From the NCBI GenBank assembly GCA_964016885.1, contig OZ024741.1, forward strand, positions 254,448,001-254,512,000: 64,000 nucleotides of DNA, read 5' to 3'. Under the pieces are notes generated by a model, which did no database searches, was not told the origin of the DNA, and saw only the letters and a program-made list of their open reading frames with translations. Every line of letters begins with the position of its first letter. The first letter of the stretch is position 1. The stretch comes from Eledone cirrhosa (lineage: Eukaryota). Positions 1 through 15,470 of this stretch are shown piece after piece. The translations under genes were made by a program, and so were the position numbers.

Positions 1-3000
1 CAGAAAACAGCAACAACTACAACAACACTGGCACTGACAGAGAAAACAGCAACAATAACAACACTGTCACTGGTACAGAAAACAGAAACAACTACAACAA
101 CACTGGCACTGACAGAGAATGCAGCAACAACTACAACACTGGCACTGACAGAGAAAACAGCAACAACACTGGCACTGACACAGAAAACAGCAACAACTAC
201 AACAACACTGGCACTGACACAGAAAACAGCAACAACTACAACAACACTGGCACTGACACAGAAAACAGCAACAACAGCAACAACCGTGGCACTGACACAG
301 AAAACAGCAACAACAGCAACAATAACACTGGCACTGGCACAGAAAACAGCAACAGCAACACTGGAACTGACACAGAAAACAGCAACAGTAACAACAACTC
401 TGGCACTGACACAGAAAACAGCAACAACAACAACACTGGCACTGACAGTGAAAATAGCAACAGCAACAACACTGGCACTGACAGTGAAAATAGCAACAGC
501 AACAACACTGGCACTGACAGAGAAAACAGCAACAACAACAACACTGGCACTGACACAGAAAACAGCAACAACAACACTGGTACTGACAGAGAAAACAGCA
601 ACAACTACAACACTGGCACTGACAGAGAAAGCAGCAACAACAACAACAACACTGGCACTGACAGAGAAAACAGCAACAACTACAACAACACTGGCACTGA
701 CACAGAAAACAACAACAACTACAACAACACTGGCACTGACAGAGAAAACAGCAACAACTACAACAACACTGGCACTGACAGAGAAAACAGCAACAACAGC
801 AACAACACTGGCACTGACACAGAAAACAGCAACAACTACAACAACACTGGCACTGGCAGAGAAAACAGCAACAACTACAACAACACTGGCACTGACAGAG
901 AAAACAGCAACAACTACAACAACACTGGCACTGACACAGAAAACAGCAACAACTACAACAACACTGGCACTGACACAGAAAAAGCAACAACTTCAACAAC
1001 ACTGGCACTGACAGAGAAAACAGCAACAACAACAACACTGGCACTGACACAGAAAACAGCAACAACTACAACAACACTGGCACTGACAGAGAAAACAGCA
1101 ACAACTACAACAACACTGGCTCTGACAGAGAAAACAGCAACAACTACAACAACACTGGCACTGACACAGAAAACAGCAACAACTACAACAACACTGGCAC
1201 TGACACAGAAAACAGCAACAACAACAACAACACTGGCACTGACACAGAAAACAGCAACAACAACAACACTGGCACTGACACAGAAAACAGCAACAACAAC
1301 AACACTGGCACTGACACAGAAAACAGCAACAATTACAACAACACTGGCACTGACAGAGAAAACAGCAACAACTACAACACTGGCACTGACAGAGAAAACA
1401 GCAACAACAACAACACTGGCACTGACAGAGAAAACAGCAACAACTACAACAACACTGGCACTGACACAGAAAACAGCAACAACAACAACACTGGCACTGA
1501 CACAGAAAACAGCAACAGCAACAAAAACAACAACACTGGCACTGACAGAGAAAACAGCAACAACTACAACACTGGCACTGACAGAGAAAACACAACAACA
1601 ACAACAACACTGGCACTGACAGAGAAAACAGCAACAACTACAACAACACTGGCACTGACACAGAAAACAACAACAACTACAACAAAACTGGCACTGACAG
1701 AGAAAACAGCAACAACTACAACACTGGCACTGACTGAGAAAACAGCAACAACAACAACACTGGCACTGACAGAGAAAACAGCAACAACTACAACAACACT
1801 GGCACTGACACAGAAAACAGCAACAACTACAACAACACTGGCACTGACAGAGAAAACAGCAACAACAACAACACTGGCACTGACACAGAAAACAGCAACA
1901 ACTACAACAACACTGGCACTGACAGAGAAAACAGCAACAACTACAACAACACTGGCACTCACAGAGAAAACAGCAACAACTACAACAACACTGGCACTGA
2001 CACAGAAAACAGCAACAACTACAACAACACTGGCACTGACACAGAAAACAGCAACAACACTGGCACTGACAGAGAAAACAGCAACAACTACAACAACACT
2101 GGCACTGACAGAGAAAACAGCAACAACAACAACACTGGCACTGACACAGAAAACAGCAACAACTACAACAACACTGGCACTGACAGAGAAAACAGCAACA
2201 ACTACAACAACACTGGCACTGACAGAGAAAACAGCAACAGCAACAACACTGGCACTGACACAGAAAACAGCAACAACAGCAACAACAACACTGGCACTGA
2301 CACAGAAAACAGCAACAACAGCAACAACAACACTGGCACTGACACAGAAAACAGCAACAACAACAACACTTGCACTGACAGAGTAAACAGCAACAACAAC
2401 ACTGGCACTGACAGAGAAAACAGCAACAACAACAACACTGGCACTGACACAGAAAACAGCAACAACAACAGTGGCACTGACACAGAAAACAGCAACAACT
2501 ACAACAACACTGGCACTGACAGAGAAAACAGCAACAACAACAACACTGGCACTGATACAGAAAACAGAAACAACTACAACAACACTGGCACTGACAGAGA
2601 AAGCAGCAACAACTACAACAAAACTGGCACTGACAGAGAAAACAGCAACAGCAACAACACTGGCACTGACACAGAAAACAGCAACAACTACAACAACACT
2701 GGCACTGACAGAGAAAACAGCAACAACTACAACAACACTGGCACTGACAGAGAAAACAGCAACAACTACAACAACACTGGCACTGACACAGAAAACAGCA
2801 ACAACTACAACAACACTGGCACTGACACAGAAAACAGCAACAACAACACTGGCACTGATAGAGAAAACAGCAACAACAACAACACTGGCACTGACAGAGA
2901 AAACAGCAACAATAACAACACCGGCACTGACACAAAAAGCAGCAACAACTACAACAACACTGGCACGGAAAACAGCAACAACAGCAACAACAACACTGGC

Positions 3001-5149
3001 ACTGACACAGAAAACAGCAACAACAGCAACAACACTGGCACTGACACAGAAAACAGCAACAACAGCAACAACCGTGGCACTGACACAGAAAACAGCAACA
3101 ACAACAACACTGGCACTGACACAGAAAACAGCAACAGCAACAACAACAACAACACTGGCACTGACAGAGAAAACAGCAACAACTACAACACTGGCACTGA
3201 CAGAGAAAACACAACAACAACAACAACACTGGCACTGACAGAGAAAACAGCAACAACTACAACAACACTGGCACTGACACAGAAAACAGCAACAACTACA
3301 ACAAAACTGGCACTGACAGAGAAAACAGCAACAACTACAACAACACTGGCACTGACAGAGAAAACAACAACAACAACACTGGCATTGACAGAGAAAACAG
3401 CAACAACTACAACAACACTGGCACTGACACAGAAAACAGCAACAACTACAACACTGGCACTGACAGAGAAAACAGCAACAACAACAACACTGGCACTGAC
3501 ACAGAAAACAGCAACAACTACAACAACACTGGCACTGACAGAGAAAACAGCAACAACTACAACAACACTGGCACTCACAGAGAAAACAGCAACAACTACA
3601 ACAACACTGGCACTGACACAGAAAACAGCAACAACTACAACAACACTGGCACTGACACAGAAAACAGCAACAACTACAACAACACTGGCACTGACAGAGA
3701 AAACAGCAACAACTACAACAACACTGGCACTGACAGAGAAAACAGCAACAGCAACAACACTGGCACTGACACAGAAAACAGCAACAACAGCAACAACAAC
3801 ACTGGCACTGACACAGAAAACAGCAACAACAGCAACAACAACACTGGCACTGACACAGAAAACAGCAACAACAACAACACTGGCACTGACAGAGTAAACA
3901 GCAACAACAACACTGGCACTGACAGAGAAAACAGCAACAACAACAACACTGGCACTGACACAGAAAACAGCAACAACAACAGTGGCACTGACACAGAAAA
4001 CAGCAACAACTACAACAACACTGGCACTGACAGAGAAAACAGCAACAACAACAACACTGGCACTGATACAGAAAACAGAAACAACTACAACAACACTGGC
4101 ACTGACAGAGAAAGCAGCAACAACTACAACAAAACTGGCACTGACAGAGAAAACAGCAACAGCAACAACACTGGCACTGACACAGAAAACAGCAACAACT
4201 ACAACAACACTGGCACTGACAGAGAAAACAGCAACAACTACAACAACACTGTCACTGACACAGAAAACAGCAACAACTACAACAACACTGGCAATGACAC
4301 AGAAAACAGCAACAACAACACTGGCACTGATAGAGAAAACAGCAACAACAACAACACTGGCACTGACAGAGAAAACAGCAACAACAACAACACCGGCACT
4401 GACACAAAAAACAGCAACAACTACAACAACACTGGCACGGAAAACAGCAACAACAGCAACAACAACACTGGCACTGACACAGAAAACAGCAACAACAGCA
4501 ACAACACTGGCACTGACACAGAAAACAGCAAGAACAGCAACAACCGTGGCACTGACACAGAAAACAGCAACAACAGCAACAATAACACAGGCACTGGCAC
4601 AGAAACAGCAAAAGCAACACTGGAACTTACACAGAAAACAGCAACAGTAACAACAACAACTCTGTCACTGGCACAGAAAACAGCAACAACAACACTGGCA
4701 CTGACAGTGAAAATAGCAACAGCAACAACACTGGCACTGACAGTGAAAATATCAACAGCAACAACACTGGCACTGACAGAGAAAACAGCAACAACAACAA
4801 CACTGGCACTGACACAGAAAACAGCAACAACAACAACACTGGCACTGACAGAGAAAACAGCAACAACTACAACACTGGCACTGACAGAGAAAGCAGCAAC
4901 AACAACAACAACACTGGCACTGACAGAGAAAACAGCAACAACTACAACAACACTGGCACTGACACAGAAAACAACAACAACTACAACAACACTGGCACTG
5001 ACAGAGAAAACAGCAACAACTACAACAACACTGGCACTGACAGAGAAAACAGCAACAACAGCAACAACACTGGCACTGACACAGAAAACAGCAACAACTA
5101 CAACAACACTGGCACTGGCAGAGAAAACAGCAACAACTACAACAACACT

Positions 5150-6220
5150 GGCACTGACAGAGAAAACAGCAACAACTACAACAACACTGGCACTGACACA
5201 GAAAACAGCAACAACTACAACAACACTGGCACTGACACAGAAAACAGCAACAACTTCAACAACACTGGCACTGACAGAGAAAACAGCAACAACAACAACA
5301 CTGGCACTGACACAGAAAACAGCAACAACTACAACAACACTGGCACTGACAGAGAAAACAGCAACAACTACAACAACATTGTCACTGACAGAGAAAACAG
5401 CAACAACTACAATAACACTGGCACTGACACAGAAAACAGCAACAACTACAACAACACTGGCACTGACACAGAAAACAGCAACAACAACAACAACACTGGC
5501 ACTGACACAGAAAACAGCAACAACAACAACACTGGCACTGACAGTGAAAATAGCAACAACAACAACACTGGCACTGACAGAGAAAACAGCAACAACAACA
5601 ACACTGGCACTGACACAGAAAACAGCAACAACAACAACAACACTGGCACTGACACAGAAAACAGCAACAACTACAACAACACTGGCACTGACAGAGAAAA
5701 CAGCAACAACTACAACAACACTGGCACTGACACAGAAAACAGCAACAACTACAACAACACTGGCACTGACACAGAAAACAGCAACAACTTCAACAACACT
5801 GGCACTGACAGAGAAAACAGCAACAACAACAACACTGGCACTGACACAGAAAACAGCAACAACTACAACAACACTGGCACTGACAGAGAAAACAGCAACA
5901 ACTACAACAACATTGTCACTGACAGAGAAAACAGCAACAACTACAATAACACTGGCACTGACACAGAAAACAGCAACAACTACAACAACACTGGCACTGA
6001 CACAGAAAACAGCAACAACAACAACAACACTGGCACTGACACAGAAAACAGCAACAACAACAACACTGGCACTGACAGTGAAAATAGCAACAACAACAAC
6101 ACTGGCACTGACAGAGAAAGCAGCAACAACAACAACACTGGCACTGACACAGAAAACAGCAACAACAACAACAACACTGGCACTGACACAGAAAACAGCA
6201 ACAACTACAACAACACTGGC
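5150..6220 (+). repeat. Local 534-bp tandem block duplication
   Basis: The series ACTTCA / ACATTGTCACTG / ACTACAATAACA / GTGAAAATA appears twice in a row (TTGTCA at ~5379 and ~5913). Near-identical minus-strand ORFs at 5446 and 5980 are offset by 534 bp. Confidence 0.85.
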
Positions 6221-9219
6221 ACTGACAGAGAAACCAGCAACAACTACATCACTGGCACTGACAGAGAAAACAGCAACAACAACAACACTGGCAGTGACAG
6301 AGAAAACAGCAACAACTACAACAACACTGGCACTGACACAGAAAACAGCAACAACAACAACAACACTGGCACTGACACAGAAAACAGCAACAGCAACAAC
6401 AACAAGAACACTGGCACTGACAGAGAAAACAGCAACAACTACAACACTGGCACTGACAGAGAAAACACAACAACAACAACAACACTGGCACTGACAGAGA
6501 AAACAGCAACAACTACAACAACACTGGCACTGACACAGAAAACAGCAACAACTACAACAAAACTGGCACTGACAGAGAAAACAGCAACAACTACAACAAC
6601 ACTGGCACTGACACAGAAAACAGCAACAACAACAACACTGGCACTGACACAGAAAACAGCAACAACTACAACAACACTGGCACTGACAGAGAAAACAGCA
6701 ACAACAACAACACTGGCACTGACAGAGAAAACAGCAACAACAACAACACCGGCACTGACACAAAAAACAGCAACAACTACAACAACACTGGCACTGACAG
6801 AGTAAACAGCAACAACTACAACAACACTGGCACTGACAGAGAAAACAGCAACAACAACAACACTGGCACTGACACAGAAAACAGCAACAACTACAACACT
6901 GGCACTGACAGAGAAAACAGCAACAACTACAACAACACTGGCACTGACAGAGAAAACAGCAACAGCAACAACAACAACAACACTGGCACTGACAGAGAAA
7001 ACAGCAACAACAACAACACTGGCACTGACAGAGAAAACAGCAACAACAACAACACTGGCACTGACAGAGAAAACAGCAACAACAACAACACCGGCACTGA
7101 CACAGAAAACAGCAACAACTACAACAACACTGGCACTGACAGAGAAAACAGCAACAACAACAACACTGGCACTGACACAGAAAACAGCAACAACTACAAC
7201 ACTGGCACTGACACAGAAAACAGCAACAACAGCAACAACAACACTGGCACTGACACAGAAAACAGCAACAACAGCAATAACAATGGCACTGACACAGAAA
7301 CAGCAACAACAACAACACTGGCACTGACAGAGAAAACAGCAACAACAACACTGGCACTGACAGAGAAAACAGCAACAACAACAACACTGGCACTGACACA
7401 GAAAACAGCAACAACAACAGTGGCACTGACACAGAAAACAGCAACAAATACAACAACACTGGCACTGACAGAGAAAACAGCAACAACAACACTGGCACTG
7501 ACACAGAAAACAGCAACAACTACAACAACACTGGCACTGACAGAGAAAACAGCAACAACTACAACAACACTGGCACTGACAGAGAAAACAGCAACAACTA
7601 CAACAACACTGGCACTGACACAGAAAACAGCAACAACTGCAACAACACTGGCACTGACACAGAAAACAGCAACAACAACAACACTAGCCCTGACAGAGAA
7701 AACAGCAACAACAACAACACTGGCACTGACACAGAAAACAGCAACAACAGCAACAACACTGGCACTGACACAGAAAACAGCAACAACTACAACAACACTG
7801 GCACTGACAGAGAAAACAGCAACAACTACAACAACCCTGGCACTGACAGAGAAAACAGCAACAACTACAACAACACTGGCACTGACAGAGAAAACAGCAA
7901 CAACAACAACGCTGGCACTGACACAGAAAACAGCAACAACTACAACAACACTGGCACTGACAGAGAAAACAGCAACAACTACAACAACACTGGCACTGAC
8001 AGAGAAAACAGCAACAACTACAACAACACTGGCACTGACAGAGAAAACAGCAACAGCAACAACACTGGCACTGACACAGAAAACAGCAACAACAGCAACA
8101 ACAACACTGGCACTGACACAGAAAACAGCAACAACAGCAACAACAACACTGGCACTGACACAGAAAACAGCAACAACAACAACACTGGCACTGACAGAGA
8201 AAACAGCAACAACAACACTGGCACTGACAGAGAAAACAGCAACAACAACAACACTGGCACTGACACAGAAAACAGCAACAACAACAGTGGCACTGACACA
8301 GAAAACAGCAACAACTACAACAACACTGGCACTGACAGAGAAAACAACAACAACAACAACACTGGCACTGATACAGAAAACAGAAACAACTACAACAACA
8401 CTGGCACTGACAGAGAAAGCAGCAACAACTACAACAACACTGGCACTGACAGAGAAAACAGCAACAGCAACAACACTGGCACTGACACAGAAAACAGCAA
8501 CAACTACAACAACACTGGCACTGACAGAGAAAACAGCAACAACTACAACAACACTGGCACTGACAGAGAAAACAGCAACAACTACAACAACACTGGCACT
8601 GACACAGAAAACAGCAACAACTACAACAACACTGGCACTGACACAGAAAACAGCAACAACTACAACACTGGCACTGACACAGAAAACAGCAACAACAACA
8701 ACACTGGCACTGATAGAGAAAACAGCAACAACAACAACACTGGCACTGACAGAGAAAACAGCAACAACAACAACACCGGCACTGACACAGAAAACAGCAA
8801 CAACTACAACAACACTGGCACGGAAAACAGCAACAACAGCAACAACAACACTGGCACTGACACAGAAAACAGCAACAACAGCAACAACACTGGCACTGAC
8901 ACAGAAAACAGCAACAACCGTGGCACTGACACAGAAAACAGCAACAACAGCAACAATAACACTGGCACTGGCACAGAAAACAGCAACAGCAACACTGGAA
9001 CTGACACAGAAAACAGCAACAGTAACAACAACAACACTGGCACTGACAGAGAAAACAGCAACAACAACAACACTGGCACTGGCAGTGAAAATAGCAACAG
9101 CAACAACACTGGCACTGACAGAGAAAACAGCAACAACAACAACACTGGCACTGACAGAGAAAACAGCAACAACTACAACACTGGCACTGACAGAGAAAGC
9201 AGCAACAACAACAACACTG

Positions 9220-12200
9220 GCACTGACACAGAAAACAACAACAACTACAACAACACTGGCACTGACAGAGAAAACAGCAACAACTACAACAACACTGACA
9301 CTGACAGAGAAAACAACAACAACAGCGACAACACTGGCATTGACACAGAAAACAGCAACAACTACAACAACACTGGCACTGGCAGAGAAAACAGCAACAA
9401 CTACAACAACACTGGCACTGACAGAGAAAACAGCAACAACAACAACACTGGCACTGATACAGAAAACAGAAACAACTACAACAACACTGGCACTGACAGA
9501 GAAAGCAGCAACAACTACAACAAAACTGGCACTGACAGAGAAAACAGCAACAGCAACAACACTGGCACTGACACAGAAAACAGCAACAACTACAACAACA
9601 CTGGCACTGACAGAGAAAACAGCAACAACTACAACAACACTGGCACTGACACAGAAAACAGCAACAACTACAACAACACTGGCAATGACACAGAAAACAG
9701 CAACAACAACACTGGCACTGATAGAGAAAACAGCAACAACAACAACACTGGCACTGACAGAGAAAACAGCAACAACAACAACACCGGCACTGACACAAAA
9801 AACAGCAACAACTACAACAACACTGGCACAGAAAACAGCAACAACAGCAACAACACTGGCACTGACACAGAAAACAGCAAGAACAGCAACAACCGTGGCA
9901 CTGACACAGAAAACAGCAACAACAGCAACAATAACACAGGCACTGGCACAGAAACAGCAACAGCAACACTGGAACTGACACAGAAAACAGCAACAGTAAC
10001 AACAACAACTCTGGCACTGGCACAGAAAACAGCAACAACAACACTGGCACTGACAGTGAAAATAGCAACAGCAACAACACTGGCACTGACAGTGAAAATA
10101 TCAACAGCAACAACACTGGCACTGACAGAGAAAACAGCAACAACAACAACACTGGCACTGACACAGAAAACAGCAACAACAACAACACTGGCACTGACAG
10201 AGAAAACAGCAACAACTACAACACTGGCACTGACAGAGAAAGCAGCAACAACAACAACAACACTGGCACTGACAGAGAAAACAGCAACAACTACAACAAC
10301 ACTGGCACTGACACAGAAAACAACAACAACTACAACAACACTGGCACTGACACAGAAAACAGCAACAACTACAACAACACTGGCACTGACAGAGAAAACA
10401 GCAACAACAGCAACAACACTGGCACTGACACAGAAAACAGCAACAACTACAACAACACTGGCACTGGCAGAGAAAACAGCAACAACTACAACAACACTGG
10501 CACTGACAGAGAAAACAGCAACAACTACAACAACACTGGCACTGACACAGAAAACAGCAACAACTACAACAACACTGGCACTGACACAGAAAACAGCAAC
10601 AACTTCAACAACACTGGCACTGACAGAGAAAACAGCAACAACAACAACACTGGCACTGACACAGAAAACAGCAACAACTACAACAACACTGGCACTGACA
10701 GAGAAAACAGCAACAACTACAACAACATTGTCACTGACAGAGAAAACAGCAACAACTACAATAACACTGGCACTGACACAGAAAACAGCAACAACTACAA
10801 CAACACTGGCACTGACACAGAAAACAGCAACAACAACAACAACACTGGCACTGACACAGAAAACAGCAACAACAACAACACTGGCACTGACAGTGAAAAT
10901 AGCAACAACAACAACACTGGCACTGACAGAGAAAACAGCAACAACAACAACACTGGCACTGACACAGAAAACAGCAACAACAACAACAACACTGGCACTG
11001 ACACAGAAAACAGCAACAACTACAACAACACTGGCACTGACAGAGAAACCAGCAACAACTACATCACTGGCACTGACAGAGAAAACAGCAACAACAACAA
11101 CACTGGCAGTGACAGAGAAAACAGCAACAACTACAACAACACTGGCACTGACACAGAAAACAGCAACAACAACAACAACACTGGCACTGACACAGAAAAC
11201 AGCAACAGCAACAACAACAAGAACACTGGCACTGACAGAGAAAACAGCAACAACTACAACACTGGCACTGACAGAGAAAACACAACAACAACAACAACAC
11301 TGGCACTGACAGAGAAAACAGCAACAACTACAACAACACTGGCACTGACACAGAAAACAGCAACAACTACAACAAAACTGGCACTGACAGAGAAAACAGC
11401 AACAACTACAACAACACTGGCACTGACACAGAAAACAGCAACAACAACAACACTGGCACTGACACAGAAAACAACAACAACTACAACAACACTGGCACTG
11501 ACAGAGAAAACAGCAACAACTACAACAACACTGACACTGACAGAGAAAACAACAACAACAGCGACAACACTGGCACTGACACAGAAAACAGCAACAACTA
11601 CAACAACACTGGCACTGGCAGAGAAAACAGCAACAACTACAACAACACTGGCACTGACAGAGAAAACAGCAACAACAACAACACTGGCACTGATACAGAA
11701 AACAGAAACAACTACAACAACACTGGCACTGACAGAGAAAGCAGCAACAACTACAATAAAACTGGCACTGACAGAGAAAACAGCAACAGCAACAACACTG
11801 GCACTGACACAGAAAACAGCAACAACTACAACAACACTGGCACTGACAGAGAAAACAGCAACAACTACAACAACACTGGCACTGACACAGAAAACAGCAA
11901 CAACTACAACAACACTGGCAATGACACAGAAAACAGCAACAACAACACTGGCACTGATAGAGAAAACAGCAACAACAACAACACTGGCACTGACAGAGAA
12001 AACAGCAACAACAACAACACCGGCACTGACACAAAAAACAGCAACAACTACAACAACACTGACACAGAAAACAGCAACAACAGCAACAACACTGGCACTG
12101 ACACAGAAAACAGCAAGAACAGCAACAACCGTGGCACTGACACAGAAAACAGCAAGAACAGCAACAATAACACAGGCACTGGCACAGAAACAGCAACAGC

Positions 12201-13550
12201 AACACTGGAACTGACACAGAAAACAGCAACAGTAACAACAACAACTCTGGCACTGGCACAGAAAACAGCAACAACAACACTGGCACTGACAGTGAAAATA
12301 GCAACAGCAACAACACTGGCACTGACAGTGAAAATATCAACAGCAACAACACTGGCACTGACAGAGAAAACAGCAACAACAACAACACTGGCACTGACAC
12401 AGAAAACAGCAACAACAACAACACTGGCACTGACAGAGAAAACAGCAACAACTACAACACTGGCACTGACAGAGAAAGCAGCAACAACAACAACAACACT
12501 GGCACTGACAGAGAAAACAGCAACAACTACAACAACACTGGCACTGACACAGAAAACAACAACAACTACAACAACACTGGCACTGACAGAGAAAACAGCA
12601 ACAACTACAACAACACTGGCACTGACAGAGAAAACAGCAACAACACTGGCACTGACACAGAAAACAGCAACAACTACAACAACACTGGCACTGGCAGAGA
12701 AAACAGCAACAACTACAACAACACTGGCACTGACAGAGAAAACAGCAACAACTACAACAACACTGGCACTGACACAGAAAACAGCAACAACTACAACAAC
12801 ACTGGCACTGACACAGAAAACAGCAACAACTTCAACAACACTGGCACTGACAGAGAAAACAGCAACAACAACAACACTGGCACTGACACAGAAAACAGCA
12901 ACAACTACAACAACACTGGCACTGACAGAGAAAACATCAACAACTACAACAACATTGTCACTGACAGAGAAAACAGCAACAACTACAATAACACTGGCAC
13001 TGACACAGAAAACAGCAACAACTACAACAACACTGGCACTGACACAGAAAACAGCAACAACAACAACAACACTGGCACTGACACAGAAAACAGCAACAAC
13101 AACAACACTGGCACTGACAGTGAAAATAGCAACAACAACAACACTGGCACTGACAGAGAAAACAGCAACAACAACAACACTGGCACTGACACAGAAAACA
13201 GCAACAACAACAACAACACTGGCACTGACACAGAAAACAGCAACAACTACAACAACACTGGCACTGACAGAGAAACCAGCAACAACTACATCACTGGCAC
13301 TGACAGAGAAAACAGCAACAACAACAACACTGGCAGTGACAGAGAAAACAGCAACAACTACAACAACACTGGCACTGACACAGAAAACAGCAACAACAAC
13401 AACAACACTGGCACTGACACAGAAAACAGCAACAGCAACAACAACAAGAACACTGGCACTGACAGAGAAAACAGCAACAACTACAACACTGGCACTGACA
13501 GAGAAAACACAACAACAACAACAACACTGGCACTGACAGAGAAAACAGCA
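9220..13550 (+). repeat. Tandem block duplication of about 2.24 kb, with a third related copy at about 4.0-6.65 kb
   Basis: GGCAATGACA has its ATG at 9685 and 11921 (offset 2236; also at 4294). ORFs 10056 and 12292 are near-identical. The copies share AAAATATCA, AAACCAGCA...ACATCA and two frameshifts. Confidence 0.85.
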
Positions 13551-15470
13551 ACAACTACAACAACACTGGCACTGACAGAGAAAACAGCAACAACTACAAC
13601 AACACTGGCACTGACAGAGAAAACAGCAACAACTACAACAACACTGGCACTGACACAGAAAACAGCAACAACTGCAACAACACTGGCACTGACACAGAAA
13701 ACAGCAACAACAACAACACTAGCCCTGACAGAGAAAACAGCAACAACAACAACACTGGCACTGACACAGAAAACAGCAACAACAGCAACAACACTGGCAC
13801 TGACACAGAAAACAGCAACAACTACAACAACACTGGCACTGACAGAGAAAACAGCAACAACTACAACAACCCTGGCACTGACAGAGAAAACAGCAACAAC
13901 TACAACAACACTGGCACTGACAGAGAAAACAGCAACAACAACAACGCTGGCACTGACACAGAAAACAGCAACAACTACAACAACACTGGCACTGACAGAG
14001 AAAACAGCAACAACTACAACAACACTGGCACTGACAGAGAAAACAGCAACAACTACAACAACACTGGCACTGACAGAGAAAACAGCAACAGCAACAACAC
14101 TGGCACTGACACAGAAAACAGCAACAACAGCAACAACAACACTGGCACTGACACAGAAAACAGCAACAACAGCAACAACAACACTGGCACTGACACAGAA
14201 AACAGCAACAACAACAACACTGGCACTGACAGAGAAAACAGCAACAACAACACTGGCACTGACAGAGAAAACAGCAACAACAACAACACTGGCACTGACA
14301 CAGAAAACAGCAACAACAACAGTGGCACTGACACAGAAAACAGCAACAACTACAACAACACTGGCACTGACAGAGAAAACAACAACAACAACAACACTGG
14401 CACTGATACAGAAAACAGAAACAACTACAACAACACTGGCACTGACAGAGAAAGCAGCAACAACTACAACAACACTGGCACTGACAGAGAAAACAGCAAC
14501 AGCAACAACACTGGCACTGACACAGAAAACAGCAACAACTACAACAACACTGGCACTGACAGAGAAAACAGCAACAACTACAACAACACTGGCACTGACA
14601 GAGAAAACAGCAACAACTACAACAACACTGGCACTGACACAGAAAACAGCAACAACTACAACAACACTGGCACTGACACAGAAAACAGCAACAACTACAA
14701 CAACACTGGCACTGACACAGAAAACAGCAACAACAACAACACTGGCACTGATAGAGAAAACAGCAACAACAACAACACTGGCACTGACAGAGAAAACAGC
14801 AACAACAACAACACCGGCACTGACACAGAAAACAGCAACAACTACAACAACACTGGCACGGAAAACAGCAACAACAGCAACAACAACACTGGCACTGACA
14901 CAGAAAACAGCAACAACAGCAACAACACTGGCACTGACACAGAAAACAGCAACAACCGTGGCACTGACACAGAAAACAGCAACAACAGCAACAATAACAC
15001 TGGCACTGGCACAGAAAACAGCAACAGCAACACTGGAACTGACACAGAAAACAGCAACAGTAACAACAACAACACTGGCACTGACACAGAAAACAGCAAC
15101 AACAACAACACTGGCACTGACAGTGAAAATAGCAACAGCAACAACACTGGCACTGACAGAGAAAACAGCAACAACAACAACACTGGCACTGACAGAGAAA
15201 ACAGCAACAACTACAACACTGGCACTGACAGAGAAAGCAGCAACAACAACAACACTGGCACTGACACAGAAAACAACAACAACTACAACAACACTGGCAC
15301 TGACAGAGAAAACAGCAACAACTACAACAACACTGACACTGACAGAGAAAACAACAACAACAGCGACAACACTGGCACTGACACAGAAAACAGCAACAAC
15401 TACAACAACACTGGCACTGGCAGAGAAAACAGCAACAACTACAACAACACTGGCACTGACAGAGAAAACA
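13550..15470 (+). repeat. Dispersed block duplicate of about 7.52-9.43 kb (offset about 6035 bp)
   Basis: The rare variants ACTGCAACA, CTAGCCCTG (~7684 and ~13719), ACCCTG and ACGCTG are shared in the same order. ORF pairs 7598/13633 and 8018/14053 are offset by 6035 bp. Confidence 0.85.
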
